Shown piece by piece: positions 22,999 through 34,267 of a stretch of 64,000 nucleotides of DNA; within the stretch, counting starts at the first letter, position 1, and each line of letters opens with the position of its first letter. The notes under the pieces are model-generated. The model made no database searches and was not told the origin of the DNA. It saw only the letters and a list, made by a program, of their open reading frames with translations. The translations under genes and the position numbers were made by a program. The DNA lies in the NCBI GenBank assembly GCA_027923505.1, contig BROI01000027.1, positions 186,001-250,000 on the forward strand. Reading direction: 5' to 3'. This stretch comes from Mayamaea pseudoterrestris. Its lineage: Eukaryota.

Positions 22999-25332
22999 AT
23001 GATTCCATGTGCCTCCTTGCATCCACCATCGGAGGTATTGATCGAGCGTGCACTGCGGAGCTTGCACTCATTCGAAGCCGATGACGACAGCAGTCTGGGG
23101 TCGACTTCTCCTCCCAATTCTCCGTCACGAGAACATTCACAGGACGGGAATCAATCATACAATCGATCTACTACTCTTTTTACGAGTCGCCTCCGACATT
23201 TACATTCGGAGCTTGTGCCGACGCCTCCGAGACGGCTTGGCGACTTGGTGATGGCGCTTCCAACACATGGAATCGATTCGTCCAACAATAACACGACTGC
23301 AAATCGTCCAAAAACAGGGTTGGATGACAATTCAACTGGGAATTACATTGACAGGAACATTATTCATGTCAACATGCCATGCCACCAGCTTTCGGACGAG
23401 GTGAATGACGAGATGCCACCTTCCGTATCGCCGCGACGAAGGTACATTCGTTCCGACTGCTGCGAGGAAAAGAAATCATCGACGCCGCCTCCAAATCATA
23501 CTTTTACCAAATTAGGCAGGAGCCCGACTGCATCATTGCTTTTTGAAGACGAAGGTGATGGTGAAGTAATGCAGACATTGGTTGGTCGCCATTCGCAAAG
23601 CACATCAAAAATGACTCCTCATTCAGACGATGGATCCGAACGTAGCAGTTTGGATGGTCAACCTACTGGTTCATCGCTAACTGTTCACCAACAAGCGCAG
23701 ATTGCTAGAAACATGGCGGATAATGATGCTACCTTGTGCGATAGGGGAGACATTCCAATGCTGAACCATGAAGACGTTTCACGTAGATCAAGAAATGGTG
23801 ACAGTCTTTGTGCAATGCCAACTGATGAAGGCATGGCAACAAGCGACAAAGAGCTAATCGGCAATGCATCCAAAGAGCATATTGACATTGTGTCGTCGAG
23901 GTCGCATGCAACACTTCGATCAATTTCGCAGCATGTGCGGCGTGAGACTTATGGTCGGGCATCGTCTCGTTTGGCGAAGACGGATCAATGCCATACAAAG
24001 TTGATGACAGAACAAGCCTTACCGGAGAATCAAGAAGTGCCAAAAACGTGCAACCTTGATACCGGAATTGTCTCAGAGAAAGAGTGGGCGGGGCTGCTAC
24101 GGCATACTCGTACCAGAAAGCCTGACCCTGAACAAGAGTCACCATTGGAAGAGCAACACTGTATTCAGACAGAACCGGTTAAAAGTCTAGATCTGGATAT
24201 TGGCATTCCAAAAGGTGACATAATGTTGTCGTTATTGAATGATGGATGCCCAAACCGAGAGTGGGTAAAGGATGGGATATGGCGCATGCGACGTATGCGT
24301 CGGAATTGCGATAGTACATGGGCACGTACAAGTGACGAACAGACGCTGAACCTGTCAGAAGATGCGTCCATGCTTGAAGCTGATGCCAATCGAAGTAAGG
24401 GCAGCATTGCACAAATCCAAGCAGAAGCTTTTCAGCAGTTGCGCCGCGATAAATTTGATCAAGCTCAGTTACTCTATGAAGATATCTTGCACATCTGCCA
24501 TCGAAATCAGGAGTATCATCTAAGGAACAAAGGAAGTTGCTCGGAAGCCGAAGTGGAGAAATACATAGCGGAAAGCAAAAGTTACATTGGTACATTGATG
24601 CATAACTTGGGATTGATCTTGCTCATGCAAGGCAAGTGGCAAGATGCATTCGCATACCTAGAAAGGGCAACTTGGAATCGAAGCTATGGTGCCTGGGGAA
24701 GTTCGTGCCATGTATCATCCCTCACGCGGACAGCTTTAGCGAGGCATGCTTTAGACGATGTCCAGGGATCCATAGCAACGCTTGAAGAAGCCTTACCGCT
24801 TGCAAAGGCAAACACGTCGCTCCTTTCGGATCATCATATGCTTGCTGAAATACTGAACAACTTGGGATGCCTGTCATTTCTCACTGGGAATGCCGACTGC
24901 GCTTTGCAATATTTCAACGATTCCCTTCAAATTCAAAAACAAGCTGCCGACCATTCGCTCTACGTTGGATCTAAGCTCTCGTACCACCAGGAAATGTTCA
25001 ATATGTCCATTACAAGAGCGAACATTGGGTTTCTTCACTTAGTCGTTAAAGATGCATCGAAGTGTATTGCTATGTTTGAATCCGCGATAAAAGCTCAACA
25101 GCTGTTGCTTCGCGACGCCGATGCTACTTTGATTTCAACCATGGAGCATTTGGTCACTGCGCATCTTTTAGTAGGCAACAAGACCAAGGCCATTCAACTG
25201 CTGAACCGGATGCTACGCATTCAATGTGATGCAAGGGGTCCAAGTCATTCCCTTGCGCGTTCGACGGCGAATAAAATCTCCATGTTGCAGACGGGTGCTG
25301 CTGCAGGCCTTGGCGAGCGACTAACGTTGTGA
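22999..25332 (+). CDS. TPR-repeat protein with a long disordered N-terminus (777 aa)
   Basis: C-terminal TPR-like units (TLMHNLGLILLMQGKWQDAFAYLERA; EILNNLGCLSFLTGNADCALQYFNDSLQI). Confidence 0.8.
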   Translation: MIPCASLHPPSEVLIERALRSLHSFEADDDSSLGSTSPPNSPSREHSQDGNQSYNRSTTLFTSRLRHLHSELVPTPPRRLGDLVMALPTHGIDSSNNNTTANRPKTGLDDNSTGNYIDRNIIHVNMPCHQLSDEVNDEMPPSVSPRRRYIRSDCCEEKKSSTPPPNHTFTKLGRSPTASLLFEDEGDGEVMQTLVGRHSQSTSKMTPHSDDGSERSSLDGQPTGSSLTVHQQAQIARNMADNDATLCDRGDIPMLNHEDVSRRSRNGDSLCAMPTDEGMATSDKELIGNASKEHIDIVSSRSHATLRSISQHVRRETYGRASSRLAKTDQCHTKLMTEQALPENQEVPKTCNLDTGIVSEKEWAGLLRHTRTRKPDPEQESPLEEQHCIQTEPVKSLDLDIGIPKGDIMLSLLNDGCPNREWVKDGIWRMRRMRRNCDSTWARTSDEQTLNLSEDASMLEADANRSKGSIAQIQAEAFQQLRRDKFDQAQLLYEDILHICHRNQEYHLRNKGSCSEAEVEKYIAESKSYIGTLMHNLGLILLMQGKWQDAFAYLERATWNRSYGAWGSSCHVSSLTRTALARHALDDVQGSIATLEEALPLAKANTSLLSDHHMLAEILNNLGCLSFLTGNADCALQYFNDSLQIQKQAADHSLYVGSKLSYHQEMFNMSITRANIGFLHLVVKDASKCIAMFESAIKAQQLLLRDADATLISTMEHLVTAHLLVGNKTKAIQLLNRMLRIQCDARGPSHSLARSTANKISMLQTGAAAGLGERLTL

Positions 25333-26916
25333 CCACTTGCGATTCCCTTTCGTGAGTGCTTTGAATAGCTACCGGCAGCATTTTTTGTACGTTTGTGTGA
25401 TGGCACTCCAGCATTGCTGCAACATAAGTTGATAATTCGTAACTTATGTTTTTGTTACATTTATAGAGTAAGATGGTGCGAGCGACGCACGCGCAGCGGC
25501 TCAAGCTCGACGAACCGAGGTTCAAGCGAGAGGCTAGAGAAGTCAACAATTTCTCCACTTGTAATATGAGCACAACAACTGACAGATCATGTCTGCCTGA
25601 ATGACTTGCTTCCGAGACTTGACAAACTCGTTACTTATACTGAAGGTATTCCCGAGACACCGACCTTAATTGCCTCTGGTTCGACACGGTTCCAGTTCTG
25701 TTGGCCAGCGTCCGAGAGACCCAACGATCCATGATCCACAAAGTGTTTTGTATACATCAAGGAACTTCTGGTGCGCTTTCATTCGAATGTACATGATAGA
25801 AGGGAATGCGTCATCGCTTGTGAGTGGATTTCTCCGCCTCAGCTTGATCTTTCGCGGCAGCGTCTCCCTTACTACAGGTAGCTGCCGCCGCTGCAGCATC
25901 CGCATTTTTCTGTGGCGACATGGGATCAGCTTTTATACTCGAATTCTTGGAGGGCTGAAAATTAGTCCTATGCTGTTTTCATTTACGCTCCAATGTTCCA
26001 ACTTGGCTCATGTTGCTTTCGTGGCTCGAACCCAATGAAAAGTAGCCCTCTGATTTACGGTTGGACGGATTTGTCAGATCCTGCGGCTTGCTGGAAATGC
26101 AAAGCTATATTGTTTTACAATACTTGCTTGGCCCAAGGTATCGCTGCTCGGTTATTGGCAGCTACTCGTATGTCCGCCGCCATCCTAAAGGAACCATTTT
26201 TCATCGGTGCGCGCGAAGGCGCTGACACTCGACCAGGGCGGCGGAGAAGCGGCTACGGATGGACACTAGAACTTCACATTGCAACTAAAAAAGCTTTCGC
26301 GTCGCTGTCCTTGTGAAGCCCGTTTCAAACATGTTCTGGAGTAAGGCGACAGACGCGAGCCGGGCCAGAATCCGTCGAACTTCCACCAACTTAGATTCAT
26401 GGAGTCGCGTGAAAGATTTCAGGATTACATGACGAAGCGTCTGCGAGTGTCGTGGCTGCAAGGTGGAGCATGTTAAGGATGCCGTTGAGTTGCTGTCGGA
26501 GACCGAGAAGTTAAAAAATGTTCATCCAGTTCTGAAAGAACAAGCCATGACGCTCGCTTACGAGCTTGCGCGATAGATTGGTCGGAGCAGGTTCTTCCTC
26601 ATTATTAACGAACTGAAGTTTGGACAATGTAGAATTGAACTCAACTCATGAATCGAAAATATCCTCATTAGAATCGTGCTTGGAAAATGTAGCGATATCA
26701 AGCTCGTCGTCCTAAGGCGGTGCGATGTGCGATTGCTGCTCCTGCTGTCATCTCGAACGCAATATTAAGACGACAGCTGCCTTCATGTCATGGTCATCAA
26801 ACGGCTTTCGCATCTTGGAGATGAGGAAAGCTTACCGGTAGGCCACTGTATTGACTGTGAACGAATCCATCAGGATCGTTCGTCGTCTGCTCACTCGATG
26901 TTGGCGCGCCGCGAAG

Positions 26917-27103
26917 CTATTACCTTATGACGTAGTTTTCACTGGCACTCGTTTCGTACTATTGCCTTTGTGACGTAGTTTTCACTGGCACTCGTTTCAC
27001 ACTATTGCCTTGTGACGTAGTTATCACTGGCACTCGTTTCGTAGTATTGCCTGATGACGTAGTTATCACTGGCACTCGTTTCATACTATTGCCTCGTGAC
27101 GCA
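26917..27103 (-). repeat. 42-bp minisatellite array 2 (about 4.4 units; reverse complement of array 1)
   Basis: TGACG(T/C)AG at 26928, 26971, 27013, 27055 and 27097; unit TGACGTAGTT(T/A)TCACTGGCACTCGTTTC...TATTGCCT. Confidence 0.97.
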
Positions 27104-27478
27104 GAACCTGCTGATGCCGGTTTCTCCGTCGGCACGAATTTCGAGCGAGTTCTGCCGCGAGAGGTTCTGCGCGCTCGTGGGTCTTCACAATTTCGAACAG
27201 CAGCACCTTCACAAAAGCATCGGCTCGCTTGTCTTATCGGAGGACATTGCGAGAAAGACCATGAGTTCCGCCGAGGGTGAGTTAGTACCTGGGAGAGTTA
27301 ATGTGAAGAGAATGTGCATGCAATGCTTGAGACATGCAGGAGGCAGGAGGCGGACTCGCCATCATCGACTGCTCGACTGCGAGCTCTTGCAGTGTAACTT
27401 TCCTTGACTCGTGCTTGCTTCTCGACAGCCGTCTCTTTGCTTCACTCACATGCAACCTTACTTTATTCTTTAGTCATC

Positions 27479-28348
27479 ATGGGTTTTGCACCTGGAGCAG
27501 TAGGAGGCTTTTTCAATGTCTTTGTTGGCCATCCATTAGACTTGGTCAAGACGAGACAGCAGGTTGGTGGAGCGTCCATTGCTGCAACAGCAAATGCTTC
27601 TTACAGAACAAATACCGCAACCCTTCAACATGGCTCGACAAAGACCATGCTCCGATCCATTTTCGCGCAGCAAGGAGTCACTGGTTTGTACGCCGGCGTG
27701 AGTGCGCCGCTACTTGCCGTCGTGCCAGCCTTTGCCATTGTCTTTTCAACGAATGACTGCGTCAAGAACATGCTGGCAGATAGAGGAAATGCTTCTCAAC
27801 TATCAACCTCACAATTTGCGATTGCCGGAGGAATATCTGGAGTGCCACTTGCTATAGTGTTGGGGCCATTGGAGCGAATTAAGTGCGAGTTTCAAGTCCA
27901 TGGGGCTAGCAAATACTCCAACAGCATCCGCGCCTGCGCTCACGAAACCTACAAGCAAGGAACCTTGTTTCGGGGAACGGCGCTTACTATGGCCCGGGAT
28001 GTTCCGGGTAATGCAGTTTACTTTGCTTCCTACGAAGTATTGCGACGAATGTTTTGCCAATTGCAAGGGATTGACTCACCGAGCATGGCGGCCACCGTGC
28101 TTGCAGGCGGGCTAGCCGGCATGGCCAACTGGACAATTGCACTTCCAATGGATGTCATCAAAAGCAGGTTCCAAGTGGGAGCTTATAGTAGCTGCTGGCA
28201 GGTAGTTACGGATCTTATTCGGCACGAAGGACCATCAGCACTCTTTCGAGGCCTCTCGCCGGCACTGCTGCGAGCGTTCCCAGCAAATGCCGCCTGTTTC
28301 CTTGGAGCCGAGACTGTTCGAACCATGCTGACAAAGGCTGATCGATGA
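27479..28348 (+). CDS. Mitochondrial carrier (SLC25), carnitine/acylcarnitine or basic amino-acid carrier-like
   Basis: Three PX[D/E]XX[K/R] signatures (HPLDLVK, GPLERIK, LPMDVIK), plus RDVPG and LLRAFPANAACF. Confidence 0.92.
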   Translation: MGFAPGAVGGFFNVFVGHPLDLVKTRQQVGGASIAATANASYRTNTATLQHGSTKTMLRSIFAQQGVTGLYAGVSAPLLAVVPAFAIVFSTNDCVKNMLADRGNASQLSTSQFAIAGGISGVPLAIVLGPLERIKCEFQVHGASKYSNSIRACAHETYKQGTLFRGTALTMARDVPGNAVYFASYEVLRRMFCQLQGIDSPSMAATVLAGGLAGMANWTIALPMDVIKSRFQVGAYSSCWQVVTDLIRHEGPSALFRGLSPALLRAFPANAACFLGAETVRTMLTKADR

Positions 28349-28879
28349 CAGGAAGTGTAAAGAGGAAGAATTACTTTTGTCTTGGGATAGCATCACCTTT
28401 TTGTGTGTGCATGCAAAAGCTTCCTCGCAGTACGAGTGCATACACTACTGGGGGGTTGCGAATATTTCTATCGGCTGTTTGTTGCTTTATGTATAAAATA
28501 GATTGCTTTATTCGTGTATGTGCAAACCATAACCTTGTGCCGTACAGTGTTAGAAGCATAGCGAAAGGACATGTCGCCGTACAGAATCGACGTACATAAA
28601 CCGGTAGTATCGATTTTGGTCGGGATGCATTACAAGTCACTCATCTATTACATTTGGTACAATAGATGGTTTACTAATGATGAACTTTACTCGAGAGGAT
28701 TACTCACAGATAATTGCGAATGCATTAGCTAAACTTTGCCCGCCTATATTTATTTGACGTTGAACGGAAAGACGTTTCGAAATTTGAATCGAAAATTCGA
28801 TGCGTGACACACATCGACATCGAAGTTCGATTGCGCCATTTCAAGGAACAAGCTCGCACTAACTGCTTCATTCCAGATC

Positions 28880-30736
28880 ATGTTGCGGTCATGGCAACCG
28901 CAGGAATTCGAGTTGATCAAGTTCTGCCATTTGCAGCGCTGGGATCTGGTATCGGATAGGTGCGGAACACACCCGCTCGAGGCAGCTCCTTCCGACGCTT
29001 CTCTTCGCGGCGAGGGTTCAACAGTTCTTGCTCTCGCTATCCGAAAAGGAGCACCACTTGTATCTTTAATCGCGCTATTACATGCGTCGATTGATCAGAT
29101 TACAGTAGTGCACCGAATGCGGGGAAGTGTGCTGCACGAGGCGATCAAACACGGACATTCGACCAAAGTTCTTTCGCATCTCCTTCGAGTGATGTCCCAT
29201 CATCGGCAGTCAAAGATGGGCATGCACCATAGGCCAGATCAATCATCATTAGCTGATGCTTCCCAGTTTACGCATGTTGAGATACAAGAGAAACGCATCA
29301 TTCAAGGTTCAGACATATTGCAAGCTCAGGACGACATGGGCAAGACGGCACTGCACCTTTTGATGGAATGTCTCGGGGACCGATCAAGCGAAATAAAGCG
29401 TTGCCCGGATGATAGACTGCTCTTTACACGAGCTTTCATGTCAGCATGTCCGCAAGCTATTCAAAAGATTGATTGCAATGGAAACACACCCTTGCTGCTG
29501 CTACTTCAAATGCCTCGAGACCAGCGATCATCGGCAACCGAAAGCCTTATATTTTCTGTTGTGGACTTCATATTATCATTTTGTCCCGAGGCCGCTAATG
29601 TGCGACAAATGGGTTCAAATCGGAAACGTCACAGATATCTCCCACCTGCCATAGGTGAGAATTCAGTAGCTTGTGTTGAAATTGCTCGAACGCCACTCTA
29701 TTACGCCCTGCTGCATGGACGATCTCTGGAAACTATTCTACTTCTCATCAAGCAAAACCAGAGCCTAGGCGGGAGCCCATGCTCGGCAGTTGTGACTCTG
29801 CATCACGAAGTGCCTCTGCACATCGCCATTTCTACGAGAGCTCCCCTCTCAATCATTTACCACGTGGCTGCGGAAAGTCCTGAAGTGATTCTCAGTGAAG
29901 ACATTTTTGGACTAAACTCCCTTGACTGGCTATGGATACGTCATGTACTTGATTGGCATGCAAGTCCATTAGACGTTTCTTCGAGTCGCATTGTTTCAAG
30001 GCGCCGACTTGTTGATACTCAGTACTCGGACTGGCACACTCTTGCATCAAACAACATACCATTGAATGATGACGTTTCGGTTCCAATCAATCCCATTGCT
30101 ATCAGAGGGCTGCAAGAAGATCTGCTACATCGAATGAAACTCCTTCTTCCGCCAGCTGCGTCAGTACTGTCTCAAGACTTTCCATACGACCAAAAGGAGC
30201 ATTGGTCACTGATACACGCGGCCTGTCATGTATCTTGTCCGATCGCCATGGTGCGAGCTGCACTATTTATGTCTGAAGAAACGCTCGATTCTATCAAAAC
30301 TAAGGATATGCGGGCGGGAAGGCTTCCGTTGCACTACGCCGCTGGAAGATGGGGCTACAGCGCAACTGTGCCGGTTGGGGCAACCCGCTCCATCCAGTTA
30401 ATTCGCGAACAATCGCCAGTCTTTGATGTTGTGGCCGCTTATCCACAAGCATGCTTTGAAATCGATTTACAAGGACAGCTCCCTTTCCATATTGCGATTG
30501 ACACTGCTAACAGGACTCGTGCTTCTTTGCTTGGCGAGCAACTTCAATCCGAAATAGACTTGGAAGAGAATGCCATTCTATCGCTATTGCTGATGCACAA
30601 CCCCGGTGCTTTGGATCATCGAGATGGGATAACAAATCTATACCCATGGCAACAAGCTGCCGTCGGATATGGCTCGAGCCTAAATACAGTCTACACCTTG
30701 CTGAAGCTGCAGCCAACTAGGTTGTGGCGCAGCTAA
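28880..30736 (+). CDS. Ankyrin-repeat-like protein (618 aa)
   Basis: GKTALHL, GNTPLL, TPLYYA, VPLHIA and RLPLHYAA motifs. Confidence 0.75.
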   Translation: MLRSWQPQEFELIKFCHLQRWDLVSDRCGTHPLEAAPSDASLRGEGSTVLALAIRKGAPLVSLIALLHASIDQITVVHRMRGSVLHEAIKHGHSTKVLSHLLRVMSHHRQSKMGMHHRPDQSSLADASQFTHVEIQEKRIIQGSDILQAQDDMGKTALHLLMECLGDRSSEIKRCPDDRLLFTRAFMSACPQAIQKIDCNGNTPLLLLLQMPRDQRSSATESLIFSVVDFILSFCPEAANVRQMGSNRKRHRYLPPAIGENSVACVEIARTPLYYALLHGRSLETILLLIKQNQSLGGSPCSAVVTLHHEVPLHIAISTRAPLSIIYHVAAESPEVILSEDIFGLNSLDWLWIRHVLDWHASPLDVSSSRIVSRRRLVDTQYSDWHTLASNNIPLNDDVSVPINPIAIRGLQEDLLHRMKLLLPPAASVLSQDFPYDQKEHWSLIHAACHVSCPIAMVRAALFMSEETLDSIKTKDMRAGRLPLHYAAGRWGYSATVPVGATRSIQLIREQSPVFDVVAAYPQACFEIDLQGQLPFHIAIDTANRTRASLLGEQLQSEIDLEENAILSLLLMHNPGALDHRDGITNLYPWQQAAVGYGSSLNTVYTLLKLQPTRLWRS

Positions 30737-30947
30737 TTCCTGTCAGAATCTTCTCTTTTCACGCTACTTCTTAATATTTATATTACTGCAACGAGCCTAG
30801 AGATTACACACTCTAAACATTCAACTTCAATGCGTAATACTAATCACTAGCCCTGTGCACGCTTTACAGCTAACGCGCGCCTTCACTTCCAATTGCTTCC
30901 CGGTGTACAATCCATGCGTTAATTTCTCACTTCCTATTTATGCCGCA

Positions 30948-31619
30948 TTACGCGCTCAAATCAACCGCCTTGGAGGTATCATTCTTGAGCCCAATGAGAA
31001 TGTCTCGCATACGCTTGACATCGGCAGTCTTTTGGCTGGAATCATGCGAAAGCTCCACCATTTTGCAGATTCGCTGCCAGCTGTTATCATTCTCCAAATC
31101 AGCCTCGATCGCCTCAAGCTTGATCTGCTCATCCTCGCGGTTCTTGGCCATTCTCGCCTCCTTCTTTTGCTCTCGCTCCTCCAACATTTGCTTCAATGCC
31201 TCATCGGCAGCCGCCTGGAGCTCAGCTTTGCGAGCATTCTCCTCATCCTTGCGCTGCTGCAACAAAACCTGCCACTCGGCATTCCACTTGGCCATGGGCG
31301 AGGGACCACTGTCGACAATAGCGCCGGCATTATCACCCTCATCCGCCGAACCGGAAGCAAATTGCTGGTCCGGTTGCTGCATAAAGTCATCAGTGTCGCC
31401 AGAAGCCCCAAGGTAGATTGGAGCATTGTTATCGCTCTCCATACCACTACCTGTTTCGTTCAAGTCTCCAAGGTAGCCGTCCGACGATGGCGGCGACGCA
31501 AAGTCCGTTTGTTCTCCTCCAAACGCATCGTGCGGCGGTGGAGCTTCGCCGAGAATAATCGGGGCTTCGTCGGTTGAATCCGCTGAGGGAGTCGCAAAAA
31601 AATCGTGATCTTCCGACAT
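30948..31619 (-). CDS. CLC: Clathrin light chain
   Basis: Acidic N-terminus, central coiled coil beginning KWNAEW, KNREDE, and C-terminal SWQRICKMVEL...DVKRMRDILIGLK. Confidence 0.85.
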   Translation of the reverse strand: MSEDHDFFATPSADSTDEAPIILGEAPPPHDAFGGEQTDFASPPSSDGYLGDLNETGSGMESDNNAPIYLGASGDTDDFMQQPDQQFASGSADEGDNAGAIVDSGPSPMAKWNAEWQVLLQQRKDEENARKAELQAAADEALKQMLEEREQKKEARMAKNREDEQIKLEAIEADLENDNSWQRICKMVELSHDSSQKTADVKRMRDILIGLKNDTSKAVDLSA

Positions 31620-31845
31620 GTTAAAAGTGAAGTTTCGTTTAGTATAGATAGAAACGAAGGTAGCTGCAGCTAGATGCTAGTTATGAAGGATAGGAAACAA
31701 GATCGTTAAACGACTCGCGCAAGGTCCATTGTGCCGAGTCAACGGCTCGCTGCCTCTTGGTTTGCCTCCACGCGCATGGAGTACGCATGCCTCCGTAGGA
31801 TCTTTGTACATTCGGCTTTACAGTAAACTGTGACTCCGGGTTAGC

Positions 31846-31862
31846 TTACGTCACAATCTGCA
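31846..31862 (+). promoter_or_regulatory. Candidate bZIP/CRE-like element in the CLC/COX6A divergent promoter
   Basis: TTACGTCACAATCTGCA is identical to 424-440 at the end of minisatellite array 1, and lies about 47 bp before the COX6A ATG. Confidence 0.4.
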
Positions 31863-31908
31863 GCGGCGTCTCGCCTCCCAACGAGAAGCAAAAAAGTGGA
31901 CCGTCACC

Positions 31909-32608
31909 ATGGTAGGTTTGGTGTCTGCTATCTCTGCTTTGCGATCTCTTCTGTACTTCGATGCAAAAATTATCAGATTATATTTAATTCAATAAATCAA
32001 TAATTACTGGAAGATTGTTTGCAGCGAGAGGGGAGTGTCGCGGAAAAATCGAAATTTCAATGGCCTTTCCCCAAACCAACACTTAACTTATTCTCTTACT
32101 CATTGTACAGATTCGCAGTGGAGTCTCCAAAGCTATCTCTAGCCGCATGGCTTCCGTCGGTGTTCAGCGCCGCTCCATGCAGATGGTTCCGCGCCTTGGA
32201 TCGGAGGCCGACATGACCAAGGAGGCGGTGGAGCAGATTCGGGCACGCGTTGCCTACCAAAAGTCACTCTTGGCCGCCAAGGGTCATTCCATTGACGAGG
32301 AAGTCAAGGAAATGTGGCGATGGGTCAATATTACCTTCATGGTTGGTATTCCAATCGTCGTAGCGTCGGCCGTTTACTCGTTCTTCTTTGACGTACATCG
32401 TAAGTACCATGTGCGGAAGAGGTGCAATTTGTTGATGGATGTTTCACTCAATCGATCAACTTCGTAATTCTTTACAGCCCACCGCTTCGATGGAGAATTG
32501 CCAGAATACATGCACGTTCGTAACAAGGAATTTCCTTGGGAGTGCAGCGACTGCGATATCTTTGATGGTGCTTGCTGGAAGAAGTGCCGCGCGGAGAAGC
32601 AGAAGTAA
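31909..32608 (+). CDS. COX6A: Cytochrome c oxidase subunit 6A; exons 31909-31911, 32111-32399 and 32478-32608
   Basis: Transit-peptide-like N-terminus, single TM helix after MWRWVN, and spliced C-terminus YMHVRNKEFPWECSDCDIFD. Introns 31912-32110 and 32400-32477 are GT-AG and keep frame. Confidence 0.85.
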
Positions 32609-32666
32609 AATAGTATAGTAAGCCGGGATTAAAGAGTTAATGAAACTAATTAGTACTTTCGCAATC

Positions 32667-34061
32667 TTAATCATGATGCTGTGGAAGCAGCTCGCGCTTG
32701 TGGACAGTCATGTACTCGTCGAGCAAGTTCCAAAAGTTGGCGTGAGTCTTTTGGTCCATGCCGCGCTTGTCGCGGCTCAGTTGAGCCTGCGTCGCGGACC
32801 ATCCCATGACATCTGGTGGAATCTTGCTCCCCTCCATGCCTATATAGTAGCCAAACGTGCGGCTGAACAATTGGACGGGGTCATTGTAGGGTGCTGGCCA
32901 GTCCTGAAACTGCCACTTTTGGCCGAGCACAACCACTGCAACAATCCTTTCCCACTCCTTCAAGTCATGTCCAAGCTTTTTCGGATTATCAATTATCTCA
33001 TACTCCAAAAGACCAGCGTTGGGAACATTGCGCGAAAACAGGGCTTGCGTGTTTCCGCGGTTCAAATCTTGCTTGATCATCACGTCGCGAGGAACAAAAT
33101 TGCCATTGGCAAAGAACTCGTGAGCATTCAACAAGGTGATTGGCGCCGTCATGCCCTTTGGAACGACAATGACTGGTTTCTTGCCAAGCAGATAAAGCTT
33201 TTTCGTTGGCTGCGACGATGAACTTGTCGCGGAGGAACCGTGCTTGGACGATTTACTCTTGGGATGAACAGTCTCCATGAAGAGCTCCATGACGCGCGAC
33301 AAGCTCTTGTTGGGATTCATGGCTTGGAGAATGGAAGCCGAGTTACCAACGGGAACTTCGTTCGCCAAAATGTAGTCCGCCTTTGGCTTGAACTTGGCCA
33401 AGATTTCCGGTGTCACTTCAAACCCATCCGCCGAAAGCGCCTTGGTAATTTCCTCCTGCTGCAATTTGGTATCATCCTGTCGTCGATCCGCGACTTTTGT
33501 AAGATTCGAAAGCAGCTGCTCGTCCGTGACAGTCTTGACTTCCTTTCTCTTCTTCTTGTGCTTGTCGTCCCGACTGCTGCTGCGATGCTTGCTGCTACTT
33601 CGCTTGTGCGATTCCTTGTCCTTGCGGGACGAGCGGGAGCGCTGATCGTCACTGCTGCTGCGGCGCTTTTCCTTTGGCCGCTCCGCTGGCGCAGCTGCAG
33701 CTTCTGCTGGTGCAGTGCTGGAAGCATCTGTCGTGGCTGCAGCTGCAGCTGCTTCGGGAAGGAAATATCCAACCACTGTTGGCTTGTCATGCGCACCCAC
33801 CGGATCAGTCACGTGGTACTTGGTACAGGCTTTTCGATAAACCAATAGACTTTGATTGGGATCAATAATCTGCAAGTAAATGGATGCGAGCGAATACTGG
33901 CATGACTTTTCCGAGAAGTCAATGGTCAAGGGAGTGGCAGCAATCAGTTGCGTTTCACCAAGCATTAGAGTCTGTCCATCTTCGGACAACTGAGCGTCTG
34001 CTAGCTTCTTCTCCGACGCCCATTGAAGCAGAGTCGCTCTAGCAGTTTCTGGGTCGTTCAT
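32667..34061 (-). CDS. CDC73: Paf1 complex subunit Cdc73 / parafibromin
   Basis: PVIVVP...ITLLNAHEFF, WERIVAVVVLGQKWQFQDW and RDKRGMD..ANFW motifs of the Cdc73 C-domain. Confidence 0.9.
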   Translation of the reverse strand: MNDPETARATLLQWASEKKLADAQLSEDGQTLMLGETQLIAATPLTIDFSEKSCQYSLASIYLQIIDPNQSLLVYRKACTKYHVTDPVGAHDKPTVVGYFLPEAAAAAATTDASSTAPAEAAAAPAERPKEKRRSSSDDQRSRSSRKDKESHKRSSSKHRSSSRDDKHKKKRKEVKTVTDEQLLSNLTKVADRRQDDTKLQQEEITKALSADGFEVTPEILAKFKPKADYILANEVPVGNSASILQAMNPNKSLSRVMELFMETVHPKSKSSKHGSSATSSSSQPTKKLYLLGKKPVIVVPKGMTAPITLLNAHEFFANGNFVPRDVMIKQDLNRGNTQALFSRNVPNAGLLEYEIIDNPKKLGHDLKEWERIVAVVVLGQKWQFQDWPAPYNDPVQLFSRTFGYYIGMEGSKIPPDVMGWSATQAQLSRDKRGMDQKTHANFWNLLDEYMTVHKRELLPQHHD

Positions 34062-34267
34062 AGTATTACAAGATCTGAGTTTTAATTATGCGAGAGACGG
34101 TCCCATCCCATGGTGAAACGCTCGGTTCCGACGATCGCTTTGACGCACAAAGGTCGCATCGGTACTGGTTCGACGAAAATGTGTCACGCTTTCTCGATTC
34201 GTCGCAAGAGCTCACCTACTACACTACGATTGATCCCGCACCGGCATATCTCGCTCTAGATTAGCAA

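Noticed and set aside
30855..33848. Long antisense ORFs over CLC, CDC73 and similar genes (also 57961-58983 opposite V-ATPase d)
   Set aside because: Shadow ORFs on the opposite strand of well-supported conserved genes.
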